Positions 31,214 through 40,407 of a stretch of 64,000 nucleotides of DNA are shown here, piece after piece; the first letter of the stretch is position 1, and each line of letters begins with the position of its first letter. The DNA comes from Parcubacteria group bacterium GW2011_GWA2_47_26. Its GTDB lineage: Bacteria > Patescibacteriota > Patescibacteriia > GWA2-47-26. A program made the position numbers and the translations under genes. Location: NCBI GenBank assembly GCA_001001705.1, contig LCOG01000005.1:40714-104713 (forward strand), in the 5' to 3' direction. The notes beneath the pieces are model-generated. The model saw only the letters and a program-made list of their open reading frames with translations, was not told the DNA's origin and ran no database searches.

Positions 31214-32524
31214 ATGAAGATTGCCTATTTAACCTGCGTTTATCCTCCATATCCGGGCGGGATTGGGGTGGCGGCGGCGGGGATGGCCAAGGAGATGGCC
31301 TCGCGCCGCGGATACGCCGTGGAAGTGTTTACGCCGCGGTATAGAAGGGAATTAGGAATAAGGAATCAGGAATCAGGGGTTGAGATGCATTATCTTAAGC
31401 CGTTGCTGTCATATGGCAAGGCTGCGATTTTGCCGCAGCTGCTTTGGCGCTTGCGCAGATTTGATATTGTGCATGTGTATTATCCGTTTTTTGGCGGCGC
31501 TGAAGTTGCGGTTTTGGCGCGTAAGTTGTGGAAATTCAAATTGATTTTACATCATGAGATGGATGTGGTTGGAGAGGGTGAAAAGAGGGACGTTCCCCTT
31601 TTTGCGTCAAAAAGGGGAACGTCCCTCTTTTTCACATGGCATACTCGCAAGATCTTGCCGTGGATTATAAAAAATACGGATTGTGTTTGCGTTTTGTCCG
31701 ATGACTATTTTATGAATTCTGATTTTGGGCGTTTGTATAAAAAAATGGGAGAGAGATTTCCAACTTGGCGGGTTGTGCCCAATGGGGTAGATGTAGAGTT
31801 ATTCAGGCCTACAAATTTTTGTCATCCTGAGCCCACGCACCAGAGCGAAAGCTTGGTGCGGGGTAGACTCCGCGAAGGATCTCGAGATTCTCCGTCCGCC
31901 GTGGGCGGACGAAGAATGACAGAACTGCCGACCATTTTATTAGTGGCAGGATTGGATCGAGCGCATTATTTTAAAGGCGTCCATGTATTGATTGAGGCTT
32001 TGCGCATTCTCAAAAAACGAGGAGTAAATTTTATGTGTAAGATAATTGGCGACGGAGATATGCGCAAAGTATATGAAGAGCAGGCAAAACAAGTCGGCCT
32101 GAAAAATAGGGACGTTTCTAATTTTGCCGCACAAAATTTAGAAACGTCCCCTTTTTCTATAGTATTTGTTGGACTCGTACCGCATGATGAGCTGCCGGTT
32201 CATTATCGGAATGCTACGGTACTAGTTGTTCCTTCCACTGGACGTATTGAAAGTTTCAGTATTGTTGCGGCAGAAGCCCAGGCTTGCGGCTTGCCAGCGA
32301 TTGTTTCGGATTTGCCCGGAGTGCGGGTTACAATTGAGGACGGAGTGACTGGATTGAAAGTTAAGCCGGGCGATCCGGAGGACTTGGCTAATCAACTGGA
32401 GATACTTTTAATGCAGAAAGATTTAACACGTAAAATGGGTGAGGCGGGGCGAAAAAGGGCAGAGGAGTTTTATAGTTGGACCGGGATTGGAAATAAAATG
32501 GAGGAAATTTATAAGAAGGTATGA
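31214..32524 (+). CDS. Glycosyltransferase family 4
   Basis: ESFSIVAAEAQACGLPAIVSDLPGVRVTIEDGVTGLKV. Carries four in-frame repeat elements (E, B-variant, A, B). Confidence 0.85.
   Translation: MKIAYLTCVYPPYPGGIGVAAAGMAKEMASRRGYAVEVFTPRYRRELGIRNQESGVEMHYLKPLLSYGKAAILPQLLWRLRRFDIVHVYYPFFGGAEVAVLARKLWKFKLILHHEMDVVGEGEKRDVPLFASKRGTSLFFTWHTRKILPWIIKNTDCVCVLSDDYFMNSDFGRLYKKMGERFPTWRVVPNGVDVELFRPTNFCHPEPTHQSESLVRGRLREGSRDSPSAVGGRRMTELPTILLVAGLDRAHYFKGVHVLIEALRILKKRGVNFMCKIIGDGDMRKVYEEQAKQVGLKNRDVSNFAAQNLETSPFSIVFVGLVPHDELPVHYRNATVLVVPSTGRIESFSIVAAEAQACGLPAIVSDLPGVRVTIEDGVTGLKVKPGDPEDLANQLEILLMQKDLTRKMGEAGRKRAEEFYSWTGIGNKMEEIYKKV
31347..31379. repeat. Family-E heptamer tandem (GGAATYA units), in frame in GT4
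   Basis: GGGAATTAGGAATAAGGAATCAGGAATCAGGGG encodes ELGIRNQESG. Confidence 0.7.
31578..31635. repeat. Family-B variant palindrome, in frame in GT4
   Basis: GTGAAAAGAGGGACGTTCCCCTTTTTGCGTCAAAAAGGGGAACGTCCCTCTTTTTCAC encodes GEKRDVPLFASKRGTSLFF. Confidence 0.85.
31821..31920. repeat. Family-A element, in frame in GT4
   Basis: Encodes CHPEPTHQSESLVRGRLREGSRDSPSAVGGRRMT. Confidence 0.85.
32101..32157. repeat. Family-B palindrome, in frame in GT4 (57 nt = 19 codons)
   Basis: GAAAAATAGGGACGTTTCTAATTTTGCCGCACAAAATTTAGAAACGTCCCCTTTTTC encodes KNRDVSNFAAQNLETSPFS. Confidence 0.9.
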
Positions 32525-32526
32525 AT

Positions 32527-32640
32527 CCCGTTAGAGGTAACTAAACAAGGCATTACCTTACACGAGATTTTTAAAGTGGCAAGAATAATCTTAAAACTTA
32601 ACCATGTACGGTCGTCTAAAGACGACCTACCTCTAACGGG
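32527..32640. repeat. Family-I junction element (~114 bp, terminal inverted repeats CCCGTTAGAGG / CCTCTAACGGG)
   Basis: Begins 2 nt after the stop of the upstream GT4 and ends at the nucleotide before the ATG of the next GT4. AT-rich interior. Confidence 0.65.
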
Positions 32641-33900
32641 ATGAAAGTTTGTGTTATCGCGGCAATTTTTCCTCCTTACGCGCGCGGGGGAGCAGAGACA
32701 GTGGCGGCGGCTTGCGCGCAGGCTTTAGCGGGTGAGCACGAGGTTTTTGTTATAACCTGCGCGCCATTTGCAGGGTGGCAAAGTTTTGCGGGCAAGTGGG
32801 AGCAATTGAAACTCATGCGTATTTTTAGATTTACGCCATTGAATCTATTTACTATTTTCAATATTGCGCGTTATTCCGCGATTTTGCGTTTGTTCTGGCA
32901 CTTGATTGACATGGTCAATCCGCATACATATTTTGTTGTGCGGCGGATTTTACTTAGTGAGAAACCCGATCTTATCTTGACGCATAATTTAAAAGGGTTG
33001 GGATATAGTGTGCATTTAGCAATTCACCATTCTCGGTTTATTAAACAGTTTGTCAAACAACATTCTCGGTGGTTGCACACAATACATGATATGGGCGCTT
33101 TGCATCCTACAGGTCTTAAAATTTGGGGACGCGAGAAAAGTATATTTCAAAAAAATCCCTTGGTGTCTCTTTACGCCAGGATTAATAGAAAACTCCTAGG
33201 CGATCCGGATGTGGTTATTTCGCCTTCGCAGTTTCTTTTAGATGAGTATCGCATCCGCGGGTTTTTTCCGCAGTCTTTGACTGCGGTTGTGAGAAATCCG
33301 GTACTTACAGAGGTGGCAGAGGTGACAAAGGAGCCAGAGGCGGCACGAGGTTCATCTGCCACATCTGGCTCCTCTGACTCTTCTGTAACATTTCTCTACG
33401 TTGGCCAGTTGGAGGAATATAAAGGGGTGCGATTGCTACTGGATGTTTGGAAAGATTTTAGCGCGCAACACAGCAATGTAATGTTAAGCATTGTGGGGGA
33501 TGGCAGTCTAAAAAACGAAGTGACAAGACTGTCGCAGCAGCTTGGGCGTGTTAAATATTATGGTTTTATACCGCACGAACAGTTAGGAGTTATTTTTTCC
33601 GGTGCGCATTTTGTTTTGATTCCAAGTTTGGCTTATGAGAATTCGCCCACCATTATCGGGGAGAGTTTTACTGCCGGTATTCCGGTGATTGCTTCGCGCA
33701 TCGGCGGCATTCCCGAATTAGTTGAGCATAGGCATAGTGGCTTTCTATTTAATCCGGGCGATCGGCGGGATTTGCTAAAAGTGATGGAGGAGGCGCTTAA
33801 AAGTAAATGGGCTGACTTGAGTTGCGGGGCAGAAGAAAGCAGCGCGGTATTTTCGTTGCAGCAGTATAGCACAACGTTGGATAGTCTTTTCAAGCTATGA
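32641..33900 (+). CDS. Glycosyltransferase family 4
   Basis: AYENSPTIIGESFTAGIPVIASRIGGIPELVEHRHSGFLFNPGD. Confidence 0.85.
   Translation: MKVCVIAAIFPPYARGGAETVAAACAQALAGEHEVFVITCAPFAGWQSFAGKWEQLKLMRIFRFTPLNLFTIFNIARYSAILRLFWHLIDMVNPHTYFVVRRILLSEKPDLILTHNLKGLGYSVHLAIHHSRFIKQFVKQHSRWLHTIHDMGALHPTGLKIWGREKSIFQKNPLVSLYARINRKLLGDPDVVISPSQFLLDEYRIRGFFPQSLTAVVRNPVLTEVAEVTKEPEAARGSSATSGSSDSSVTFLYVGQLEEYKGVRLLLDVWKDFSAQHSNVMLSIVGDGSLKNEVTRLSQQLGRVKYYGFIPHEQLGVIFSGAHFVLIPSLAYENSPTIIGESFTAGIPVIASRIGGIPELVEHRHSGFLFNPGDRRDLLKVMEEALKSKWADLSCGAEESSAVFSLQQYSTTLDSLFKL
33307..33386. repeat. Imperfect palindromic insertion, in frame in GT4 (single copy in window)
   Basis: ACAGAGGTGGCAGAGGTGACAAAGGAGCCAGAGG...CTGCCACATCTGGCTCCTCTGACTCTTCTGT encodes TEVAEVTKEPEAARGSSATSGSSDSSV. 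Confidence 0.4.
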
Positions 33901-35672
33901 AAGTGCGAGCATGGAACGCGTTTTTTGCCATGGTTTTGATATTAGCTTTTTTTGTACTGTTATATTTGCCATTGTCATCGCCGGTTGGCGTTTTTAATAC
34001 TCCGGATGAAAATGCGAATTATTTTTTTGCCAAAACTTTTGCGGAGCGCGGCGAGCTTTCTGTCATAGAACCTTTGGAGCCATTGGTTGATAACGTAATT
34101 CATCCGCGCGGCGTTAATGTGGTCAGGGGATTTCTAGTGCCAGAAAGTTTTTTAGGTTTGCCTATTTTTTATGGTGGGATGATTAGGTTGCTCGCTTATA
34201 CAGGCCAATGCCAAGCAGGAAGTGCGGCGTTGCTTACGCTTGATTGCGGCTTGCCAGCTATCTTGGCTTTTTTGAATATTGTTGCCCTGTTTTGCCTTTT
34301 GAAAATATTTAAATTCTTTTTTGAGAAGACAATTGCAAGGTTGGCTTTGCTTTTTGTGCTGACAAATTCGATATTTCTTTACTGGAGCGGCCGGCCATTT
34401 ATGCATAATATTCTTTTTTTAGATCTCGTTGTAATCGGTTGGGGGATTTTGCTTGTAACTGTGAGGTCAAAAATTGATACGCGCTGGGATATGGTTGCTG
34501 GTTTGATTTTGGGTGCGGCTATAGCCGTACGCCCGGCGGAGATTGTTTGGGTGTCGATTAGCACGCTAGCTATTATTTTGATGAGTGAATTCAGCTATGC
34601 TTCAGCAGACTCACCTAGCCGAAAGCGGCGGATTTTAGCGCTTGGTCAGCGCTGTTTCAAGGCAGCTTTGGGCGGATTGATTATTCTGGTCTCTTTGTTA
34701 TTTTTTAACCGTGAGCTTTACGGGAATTTTTTCGGGAGCGGCTATAGCACAACCGAGAGCAATATTGTTGTTGCAGAAAGCGCAGTGCCGCAGTTGGCGC
34801 GCGTTTCTTTGGCAGAACAAATATTTCTTCCGTTTGGATTTCATCCTCTTGAGGCATTTAGCCGTTTTAGCAAATACGCGCTAGGTGGTTTATGGTGGTA
34901 TACGGCGCCGATGCTTCTGGGGGCGGTGATTGTTATGGCGCTGTGGTGTGTTAAAGGGGCACAGGCCGCGGAACAGAAAGCGAGACGATATGCTTTGACT
35001 TGGCTCATGGTTTCCATGTATTTGATTATTTATTATGGGGCATTTAGGGTCGAGATTTTTGCTGATCCGCGACATCCCCTAGGGTCCTCAATTGGTACGC
35101 CGTATCTGCGTTACTGGCTGCCGATTTTTGTTTTTGGCGCGCCATTTGCGGCTATGTTTTTACTGTTCTTTTATAGGCTTATCATTTCGATCTTAAGGAG
35201 AGCAACCCCTTACACCCAAGTAAAGAGATTCCTCACTGCGTTCGGAATGACAGTTTTGGTGGTTTTAATGACAGTACTTTCTTTGCGTGCAGTTTTTTGG
35301 CAAGGAACAGAAAGCTGGCTCAATATTAAAAATAATCTTTTCCAGTTTGCTGAAATTCGCGAGAGGGCTGAACGCACGACAAACGAGAACACAATCTTTT
35401 TTGTGCCGCATTTTGCTGATCGCATTTATTTTCCAAAAAGGCGCGTAGTGGTTGATGTAGCGGGAAAAGACACAATACAAATTTTGGGTGCACTAGTTAA
35501 TAAAGACTACCCGGTATTTTGGCTGCGGGGGAGAGGGGAGATTTTGCTCAAAGAGACTGATTTGAAAAAGGCAGGATTACGTTTATTGCGCAGGTTTGAT
35601 GTTGATCCCAAAGGCAAGATTTATCAGGTGATAAAGGGCCTGTTGCCGAATACCATTTCTACTGCAAGGTAA
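33897..35672 (+). CDS. GT-C-fold (PMT_2/ArnT-like) polytopic membrane glycosyltransferase candidate
   Basis: 591 aa, >10 TM. First-loop motif NTPDENANYFFAKTF, matching SPDEMANAFFIRSV in the paralogue at 37870..39501. The C-terminal ~12 codons derive from repeat J. Confidence 0.55.
   Translation: MKVRAWNAFFAMVLILAFFVLLYLPLSSPVGVFNTPDENANYFFAKTFAERGELSVIEPLEPLVDNVIHPRGVNVVRGFLVPESFLGLPIFYGGMIRLLAYTGQCQAGSAALLTLDCGLPAILAFLNIVALFCLLKIFKFFFEKTIARLALLFVLTNSIFLYWSGRPFMHNILFLDLVVIGWGILLVTVRSKIDTRWDMVAGLILGAAIAVRPAEIVWVSISTLAIILMSEFSYASADSPSRKRRILALGQRCFKAALGGLIILVSLLFFNRELYGNFFGSGYSTTESNIVVAESAVPQLARVSLAEQIFLPFGFHPLEAFSRFSKYALGGLWWYTAPMLLGAVIVMALWCVKGAQAAEQKARRYALTWLMVSMYLIIYYGAFRVEIFADPRHPLGSSIGTPYLRYWLPIFVFGAPFAAMFLLFFYRLIISILRRATPYTQVKRFLTAFGMTVLVVLMTVLSLRAVFWQGTESWLNIKNNLFQFAEIRERAERTTNENTIFFVPHFADRIYFPKRRVVVDVAGKDTIQILGALVNKDYPVFWLRGRGEILLKETDLKKAGLRLLRRFDVDPKGKIYQVIKGLLPNTISTAR
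35225..35251. repeat. Family-A half element (right arm only), in frame
   Basis: GAGATTCCTCACTGCGTTCGGAATGAC encodes RFLTAFGMT. Confidence 0.55.
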
Positions 35673-35759
35673 GAATTTTGGCTGCGACTTTGCGAAACAT
35701 TCTCAACATATACGCCGTATATGCTTCAAATGTTTCACTTCGTCTCGCTGGGAGCGTGG
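35636..35759. repeat. Repeat J (about 98 bp) fused to a family-K hairpin, copy 1
   Basis: GGGCCTGTTGCCGAATACCATTTCTACTGCAAGGTAAGAATTTTGGCTGCGACTTTGCGAAACATTCTCAACATATACGCCGTATATGCTTCAAATG... About 95% identical to 58951-59053. Confidence 0.85.
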
Positions 35760-37244
35760 CTGTTTGACCGTTATTTTGTCGTGCGGGGGGTTTGGTCTGT
35801 GGCTGATGATTTTGAAAAGAGTTCACGTCTGGTTAGTGCACCAAACCCTGACGAACGAGTTTTAAGGATTACGGAAAATGGCGACGCGTATTATAAAATT
35901 CTTCAGACCCCCGTGTATTTTGACATAAAAACACCGCGCCGTTTTCAGAAGATTGGGTTAGATGCGGCTTGGCGAGGCGAGGCGCCGATTATTGAAGCGG
36001 GGTTGGTTAAAAGTGAAAATCCGTGGCAAGTTGACATGAAAACATTTTATAATAAATATTTAGAAGATTTGTCCTGGCCGCGCATAGCGGGAGAAGGATT
36101 GGTACTTTGGCAAAGAAATCCGGTTTATCAAAGCGTCCGTGATTTTCTAAATAATCCGCCGTTGCCAGTCGAGATTATCACAATTGATGCCCCCCATCTT
36201 AAAAGCAAATTCGTATTGCCATGGCAATACGAATTTGCGGCAGCAGATTTTGGGCGAGTTTCTACTTTTGCTCGTTCTTATAAAGTTTCTTTGCGCGGGT
36301 CTCAAAATATTTTTATTGCTACGGCTTCTTCAGGATTGGATTTGCATTTTTGGGTTCAGGATCTTAATCGACACGATGGTGCGGATTCTGTGACTGTCGC
36401 GCTGCGCGATTTGTCCGGTAAGACTATTTTTACCGAAGAGCTAACGGATGACGGGCAAGAATGGAATTCAACAAAGTTATCAGCATTACGCGAGCTGGAT
36501 ATGAGTAATCCTGACTTATCTCCTGGCATATATCGCATTACCTTTGAAGCGGGCGATGACATAGCGATCCGTGAGATAATAACTTCGGCAGCGAAGATGG
36601 TATTTAAGAATCAATTATATTTGGGAGATGAGGTTGGATATCGAGCGGGAGTAAGATCGCTGACGGTTTGGTCTAACGGCCAGGGATATGGTTTGCGGAC
36701 GCCGCATCCGGACAGTCTGCAGAAGGTGCAATTCAAATCACCTTTGTTGGAAAATCGGAAATTGGATTTAGGGCTTGAGCTTACGGAATATGGTAAACAG
36801 TATTCGCTAATGATGCCCCGAGAGATTGCCGGCAATCTTATTACTATCATGGTACCCAAGCGTGATCTTGTTTTGAACTCTGATGGGTTTTTTGCGTTGT
36901 CAGCCGAGGATTTTTTTCTGCCCGAACATATCCAATGGAAGGCCGATCTTGATTTGGACCGTCTTGGTATAAATTATGTTATTGCCGATTATAGTTTTTT
37001 CGCTGAAAAGAGGGATTGGAAAACGACTACTTTGACTTTTAGCGGGGGACAGCCAGAAGATGGTTCGCCGTTGCGGATTGTTTTTGGATTTCCAGTGGGC
37101 GCGCGGTCCGAATTTGAAATATCACAATTGAGAATCAACGGCTATAGAGAGGGGTTGACTCCATCAACAATTTGGAGTAAATTAAAAGGTGTGTATGCCC
37201 GGTGCTACAACTGTATAGGTAAAAGTGGCACCGGCAACAAGTAA
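35721..37244 (+). CDS. Hypothetical protein (507 aa, soluble, no recognised motif)
   Basis: Long ORF with ordinary codon usage inside the glycan cluster. The annotated ATG lies inside repeat J/K, so the true start is uncertain (alternative ATG at 35730). Confidence 0.55.
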   Translation: MLQMFHFVSLGAWLFDRYFVVRGVWSVADDFEKSSRLVSAPNPDERVLRITENGDAYYKILQTPVYFDIKTPRRFQKIGLDAAWRGEAPIIEAGLVKSENPWQVDMKTFYNKYLEDLSWPRIAGEGLVLWQRNPVYQSVRDFLNNPPLPVEIITIDAPHLKSKFVLPWQYEFAAADFGRVSTFARSYKVSLRGSQNIFIATASSGLDLHFWVQDLNRHDGADSVTVALRDLSGKTIFTEELTDDGQEWNSTKLSALRELDMSNPDLSPGIYRITFEAGDDIAIREIITSAAKMVFKNQLYLGDEVGYRAGVRSLTVWSNGQGYGLRTPHPDSLQKVQFKSPLLENRKLDLGLELTEYGKQYSLMMPREIAGNLITIMVPKRDLVLNSDGFFALSAEDFFLPEHIQWKADLDLDRLGINYVIADYSFFAEKRDWKTTTLTFSGGQPEDGSPLRIVFGFPVGARSEFEISQLRINGYREGLTPSTIWSKLKGVYARCYNCIGKSGTGNK

Positions 37245-37297
37245 GCATGTATTCATAGCTCAAGCGAATAGTTTTAATAAAGTGTTGTAGCACCGGG
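37198..37297. repeat. Junction element with 14-bp terminal inverted repeats (CCCGGTGCTACAAC / GTTGTAGCACCGGG)
   Basis: Spans the stop of the 35721..37244 gene and ends 1 nt before the ATG at 37299. Confidence 0.55.
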
Positions 37298-37298
37298 T

Positions 37299-37883
37299 AT
37301 GCAGGATTTGAACGCCAATATTAAGTTTTTCCCTCACGACCGCTTGTTAGCGAAAATTATCCTTCCTTTTATTCCGGCCTGGGTGCGGCCGAATCATGTG
37401 ACAGCGTTGCGTTTGATAACTTCGCCGATCGTGTTTTGGTTATTTTGGACTAGGCAGTATGGCTGGGGTTTGCCAGTTTTTTTATTAGTGGCTTTGACTG
37501 ACGCGATTGACGGGTCGCTCGCTCGCGTGCGGCGACAGATTACGACCTGGGGTATTTTATATGACCCCGTGGCGGACAAATTTCTTATTGGCGGCGTTGT
37601 TTTGATTTTAGTTATCAAACATATTAATCTATGGCTCGCGGGATTTATAATCGGGTTGGAGTTTTTAACTGTGCTGGGGGCGCTTTATTTTAAAAGACGG
37701 CAGAGATTTTTTCCGGCTAACTTATGGGGAAAGATTAAAATGAATTTGCAGGTAGCCGGTGTGGCGGTTTTGCTGGTTAATTTAATTTGGAGCGCGCCAG
37801 CGATGCGCGAAGTGTCATTTTGGGTTTTCTTGTCATCTGCGGTCGCTGGTATAATTAGCCTGATTGCTCATGGCGGAAAGTAA
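37299..37883 (+). CDS. CDP-alcohol phosphatidyltransferase family protein
   Basis: Perfect D-x2-DG-x2-AR-x8-G-x3-D-x3-D motif: DAIDGSLARVRRQITTWGILYDPVAD. Confidence 0.9.
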   Translation: MQDLNANIKFFPHDRLLAKIILPFIPAWVRPNHVTALRLITSPIVFWLFWTRQYGWGLPVFLLVALTDAIDGSLARVRRQITTWGILYDPVADKFLIGGVVLILVIKHINLWLAGFIIGLEFLTVLGALYFKRRQRFFPANLWGKIKMNLQVAGVAVLLVNLIWSAPAMREVSFWVFLSSAVAGIISLIAHGGK

Positions 37884-39501
37884 ATTGGCATTCGGCAACA
37901 GTCCCAGATTGCAAGAACCGCTTGTGATTGCCGCTTCTGCGCGGTTGCCCTATATTTTGCTCGGTGCGGTCGTAATTTTATACGGCGCACTGATTTTATA
38001 TTTACCGTTTCATTCGCCGCCCGACATTTATAACTCGCCTGATGAAATGGCCAACGCCTTTTTTATACGGAGCGTAGAGCAAGACGGTCGTCTGATTCGA
38101 CCAACCATCCAACAAAATTTGCCGTCCGTGGTTTTCCCGCGAGGAGTACTGCGACAGGATAATGCTTTTATACCAGTAGGGTTTGTGAGTTTTCCGCTAT
38201 TGCTTGGAATTATTGCTAAGCTGACCAGTTTTAAGGGGCTATTTTATCTCATGGCAATTTTAAGCGCCTTATCACTCTTGGCTTGGTACGGTTTTTTGCA
38301 CGCGTTTTTCGGCGCAAGATTGGCACTGCTTACGACATTTCTTACAGCAGGGCATCCGCTGGTTTTATATTGGAGCAATAGGCCGCTTTTACCCAATGCG
38401 CTTTTTTTTGCGTTTTATTTTTTTGCGTTTTATTTTTTTTCGCGAACGTTTTATAGGCCAGACGCAGGCTCTTCTCGCAATTTTTATAGTATACTGGCCG
38501 GTCTTGTGTTTGGTTTGGCAGTGGCTATTCGTCCCCAAGAGGGGGTTTGGCTTGCGGCAGTCGTTCTTTTGGTCGCAGTCCTTTTTCAATCCCGTAGCTG
38601 GTATCCATGGATGATTTTCCTGATTACTGCCGCGCTGCCAGTTGGCGGGCTGCTTGCCGCACAGAAGATTATCTATGGCTCTGCTTCGCGTACTGGCTAT
38701 CATCTTACGCCCCCCTCCCTCACGATTTTACAAACTTTGCGCCGAGTAGTATTGCCTTTTGGTTTAAATATCAAAGCGATTGGCGCTGTTTCGTACAGTT
38801 ATTGGATAGATATAATTTGGTGTTTTACGATTTTGAGTATACTTGGTCTTGCAATTGTTCTAATGTACCGCAACGGCACACTTCTTCGGCGGCTGCGTTT
38901 TTGGGCTTTGGTGTTGTTTATAGTTTCAGCTTGGCTCATGGTTTTTTACGGCAGTTTTGCGGTGCAGGATCGTTTTGATCGGACAGTTTCTTTAGGAACC
39001 TCGTTTACCCGCTATTTTTTGCCGATTTATGTGATGGCATTGCCATTTGTTGCTTATGCATTATTTTTTCTGCGGCGGCGGTTTGGTAAAATCTTGGTTT
39101 CGGCTGTAGTTGTTGTAACCGTATTTCTCTCAATGCGTGCTATCTTTTGGGGAGGCGATGAGGGTTTTATCCGTATTGTCAAGGCGCTTAATGATAATAA
39201 AGAGGTCCGGGCAAAAGCGTTGCAGATCTTACCCGCTAATGCCGTTATTTTAACCGACAGATCAGATAAAATATTTTTTCCCGAGCGTGAGATTGTTTCT
39301 CAATTTCGTAAATTTCATCATCCAGATTTTGAAAAACTGTACGGCTTGAATCTTTATTATGAGACAATCGCGGACACGGATGTGGTAGCTTTTGAAAATG
39401 ACAATTTTTGGGGTCCGCATAGACTAAAAGCTCAAGATCCAGTAGACTTGGGATACAGACATAAGCTGTATAAATTAGAGGAATTAGGAAGTAGGAAATA
39501 A
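37870..39501 (+). CDS. GT-C-fold (PMT_2/ArnT-like) membrane glycosyltransferase candidate, paralogue of 33897..35672
   Basis: Polytopic. NSPDEMANAFFIRSVEQDGRL first-loop motif. ATG at 37870 (the track uses TTG at 37864). The last codons derive from a family-E heptamer array. Confidence 0.55.
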   Translation: MAESKLAFGNSPRLQEPLVIAASARLPYILLGAVVILYGALILYLPFHSPPDIYNSPDEMANAFFIRSVEQDGRLIRPTIQQNLPSVVFPRGVLRQDNAFIPVGFVSFPLLLGIIAKLTSFKGLFYLMAILSALSLLAWYGFLHAFFGARLALLTTFLTAGHPLVLYWSNRPLLPNALFFAFYFFAFYFFSRTFYRPDAGSSRNFYSILAGLVFGLAVAIRPQEGVWLAAVVLLVAVLFQSRSWYPWMIFLITAALPVGGLLAAQKIIYGSASRTGYHLTPPSLTILQTLRRVVLPFGLNIKAIGAVSYSYWIDIIWCFTILSILGLAIVLMYRNGTLLRRLRFWALVLFIVSAWLMVFYGSFAVQDRFDRTVSLGTSFTRYFLPIYVMALPFVAYALFFLRRRFGKILVSAVVVVTVFLSMRAIFWGGDEGFIRIVKALNDNKEVRAKALQILPANAVILTDRSDKIFFPEREIVSQFRKFHHPDFEKLYGLNLYYETIADTDVVAFENDNFWGPHRLKAQDPVDLGYRHKLYKLEELGSRK

Positions 39502-39506
39502 GAATT
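39478..39506. repeat. Family-E heptamer tandem at a gene junction
   Basis: GAGGAATTAGGAAGTAGGAAATAAGAATT encodes EELGSRK*, supplies the stop codon and abuts the next ATG. Confidence 0.6.
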
Positions 39507-39881
39507 ATGTCTAAAGTATTTAGTGTACTTTTTCTGATCTCGCTTGTTGCTTATTTTGCTTTTGCTATGGCCGAGGAATTACTGCCCGGTTTTGTGTCGG
39601 ATTATTTTAATCCGCATTTGTTGCTTATTCCGGTTCTGATATTCTTGACAACTGCGTTGGTTTATGAAAAGGGTGAGGTGCGTATGGCGTCATCAGGAGG
39701 TGAAAGACTCACATCTAAAAGCCGCAAGAGCCAATCCTTGTTGATTTTTTTGGCTGGCGCCATTACACTGGGAATACTATGGATTGGCGGGCGAGAAATA
39801 GAGACAGCTTGGCGAGTGCTTATGGCGGTTTACGGTGGTCTGCTCGTTGTCGGAATACTAACAGTGTTATTTAAAGAGTAA
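39507..39881 (+). CDS. Small membrane protein (3-4 TM), unknown function
   Basis: 124 aa with hydrophobic segments VLFLISLVAYFAFAMA, LLLIPVLIFLTTALVY, LLIFLAGAITLGILWI and GGLLVVGILTVLF. Confidence 0.5.
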   Translation: MSKVFSVLFLISLVAYFAFAMAEELLPGFVSDYFNPHLLLIPVLIFLTTALVYEKGEVRMASSGGERLTSKSRKSQSLLIFLAGAITLGILWIGGREIETAWRVLMAVYGGLLVVGILTVLFKE

Positions 39882-39882
39882 T

Positions 39883-40299
39883 ATGGCAGATTGTATTTTT
39901 TGCAAAATTATTCGCGGGGAGTTGCCATGTTCCAAAGTCTATGAGGATGATAAAGTTGTGGCATTTTTGGATATCCATCCGGTGCGCGACGGGCATACGC
40001 TAGTTGTGCCGAAAATTCATTGCGATAATTTGTTGGATTGCGATCCGGAGGTATTGGCCAATATGATAAGGGCGACCCAAAAAGTGGCGCGCGCTGTAGT
40101 CTCTGCAACAGGGGCAAGTGGATTTAATTTGGGAGTTAATAGCGGACGCGCCGCGGGACAGGTTATTTTTCACTTGCATCTGCATATAATTCCGCGCATG
40201 GAAGGCGATGGTTTGCGTTTGTGGCCGTCTAGAGAGTACGGCTCGGGCGAGATGCAGACGCTTGCGGAGCGCATTAAGCAAAGATTACGATCCCGTTAG
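39883..40299 (+). CDS. HIT (histidine triad) family nucleotide hydrolase/transferase
   Basis: CIFCKIIRGELP...FLDIHPVRDGHTLVVPK...HLHLHIIPR (HxHxHxx). Confidence 0.9.
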   Translation: MADCIFCKIIRGELPCSKVYEDDKVVAFLDIHPVRDGHTLVVPKIHCDNLLDCDPEVLANMIRATQKVARAVVSATGASGFNLGVNSGRAAGQVIFHLHLHIIPRMEGDGLRLWPSREYGSGEMQTLAERIKQRLRSR

Positions 40300-40407
40300 A
40301 AGCCGCGGTCGCGATATATTGCAAAACTAAACATCTGCAAAAAGTTAAATTTATATCACTAAACATTAATCAGCAGGACGGGATGACCGCGACCTGCTTC
40401 TAACGGG
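40292..40407. repeat. Family-I junction element (~116 bp, TIRs CCCGTTAGAAG / CTTCTAACGGG)
   Basis: The left TIR contains the HIT stop codon (cccgtTAG). The right TIR ends at the nucleotide before the rfbB ATG. Subterminal GCGGTCGCG/CGCGACC pairing. Confidence 0.65.

Noticed and set aside
33897-37244. The GT-C gene (33897..35672) and the following 507-aa ORF (35721..37244) are in the same frame, separated by a single TAA inside repeat J. They could be one gene split by the repeat.
   Set aside because: The paralogue 37870..39501 ends at the equivalent position (…YKLEE versus …YQVIKG) without any such C-terminal domain. The natural C-terminus therefore precedes the repeat, and the shared frame is probably coincidental. 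Stop-codon read-through cannot be excluded.
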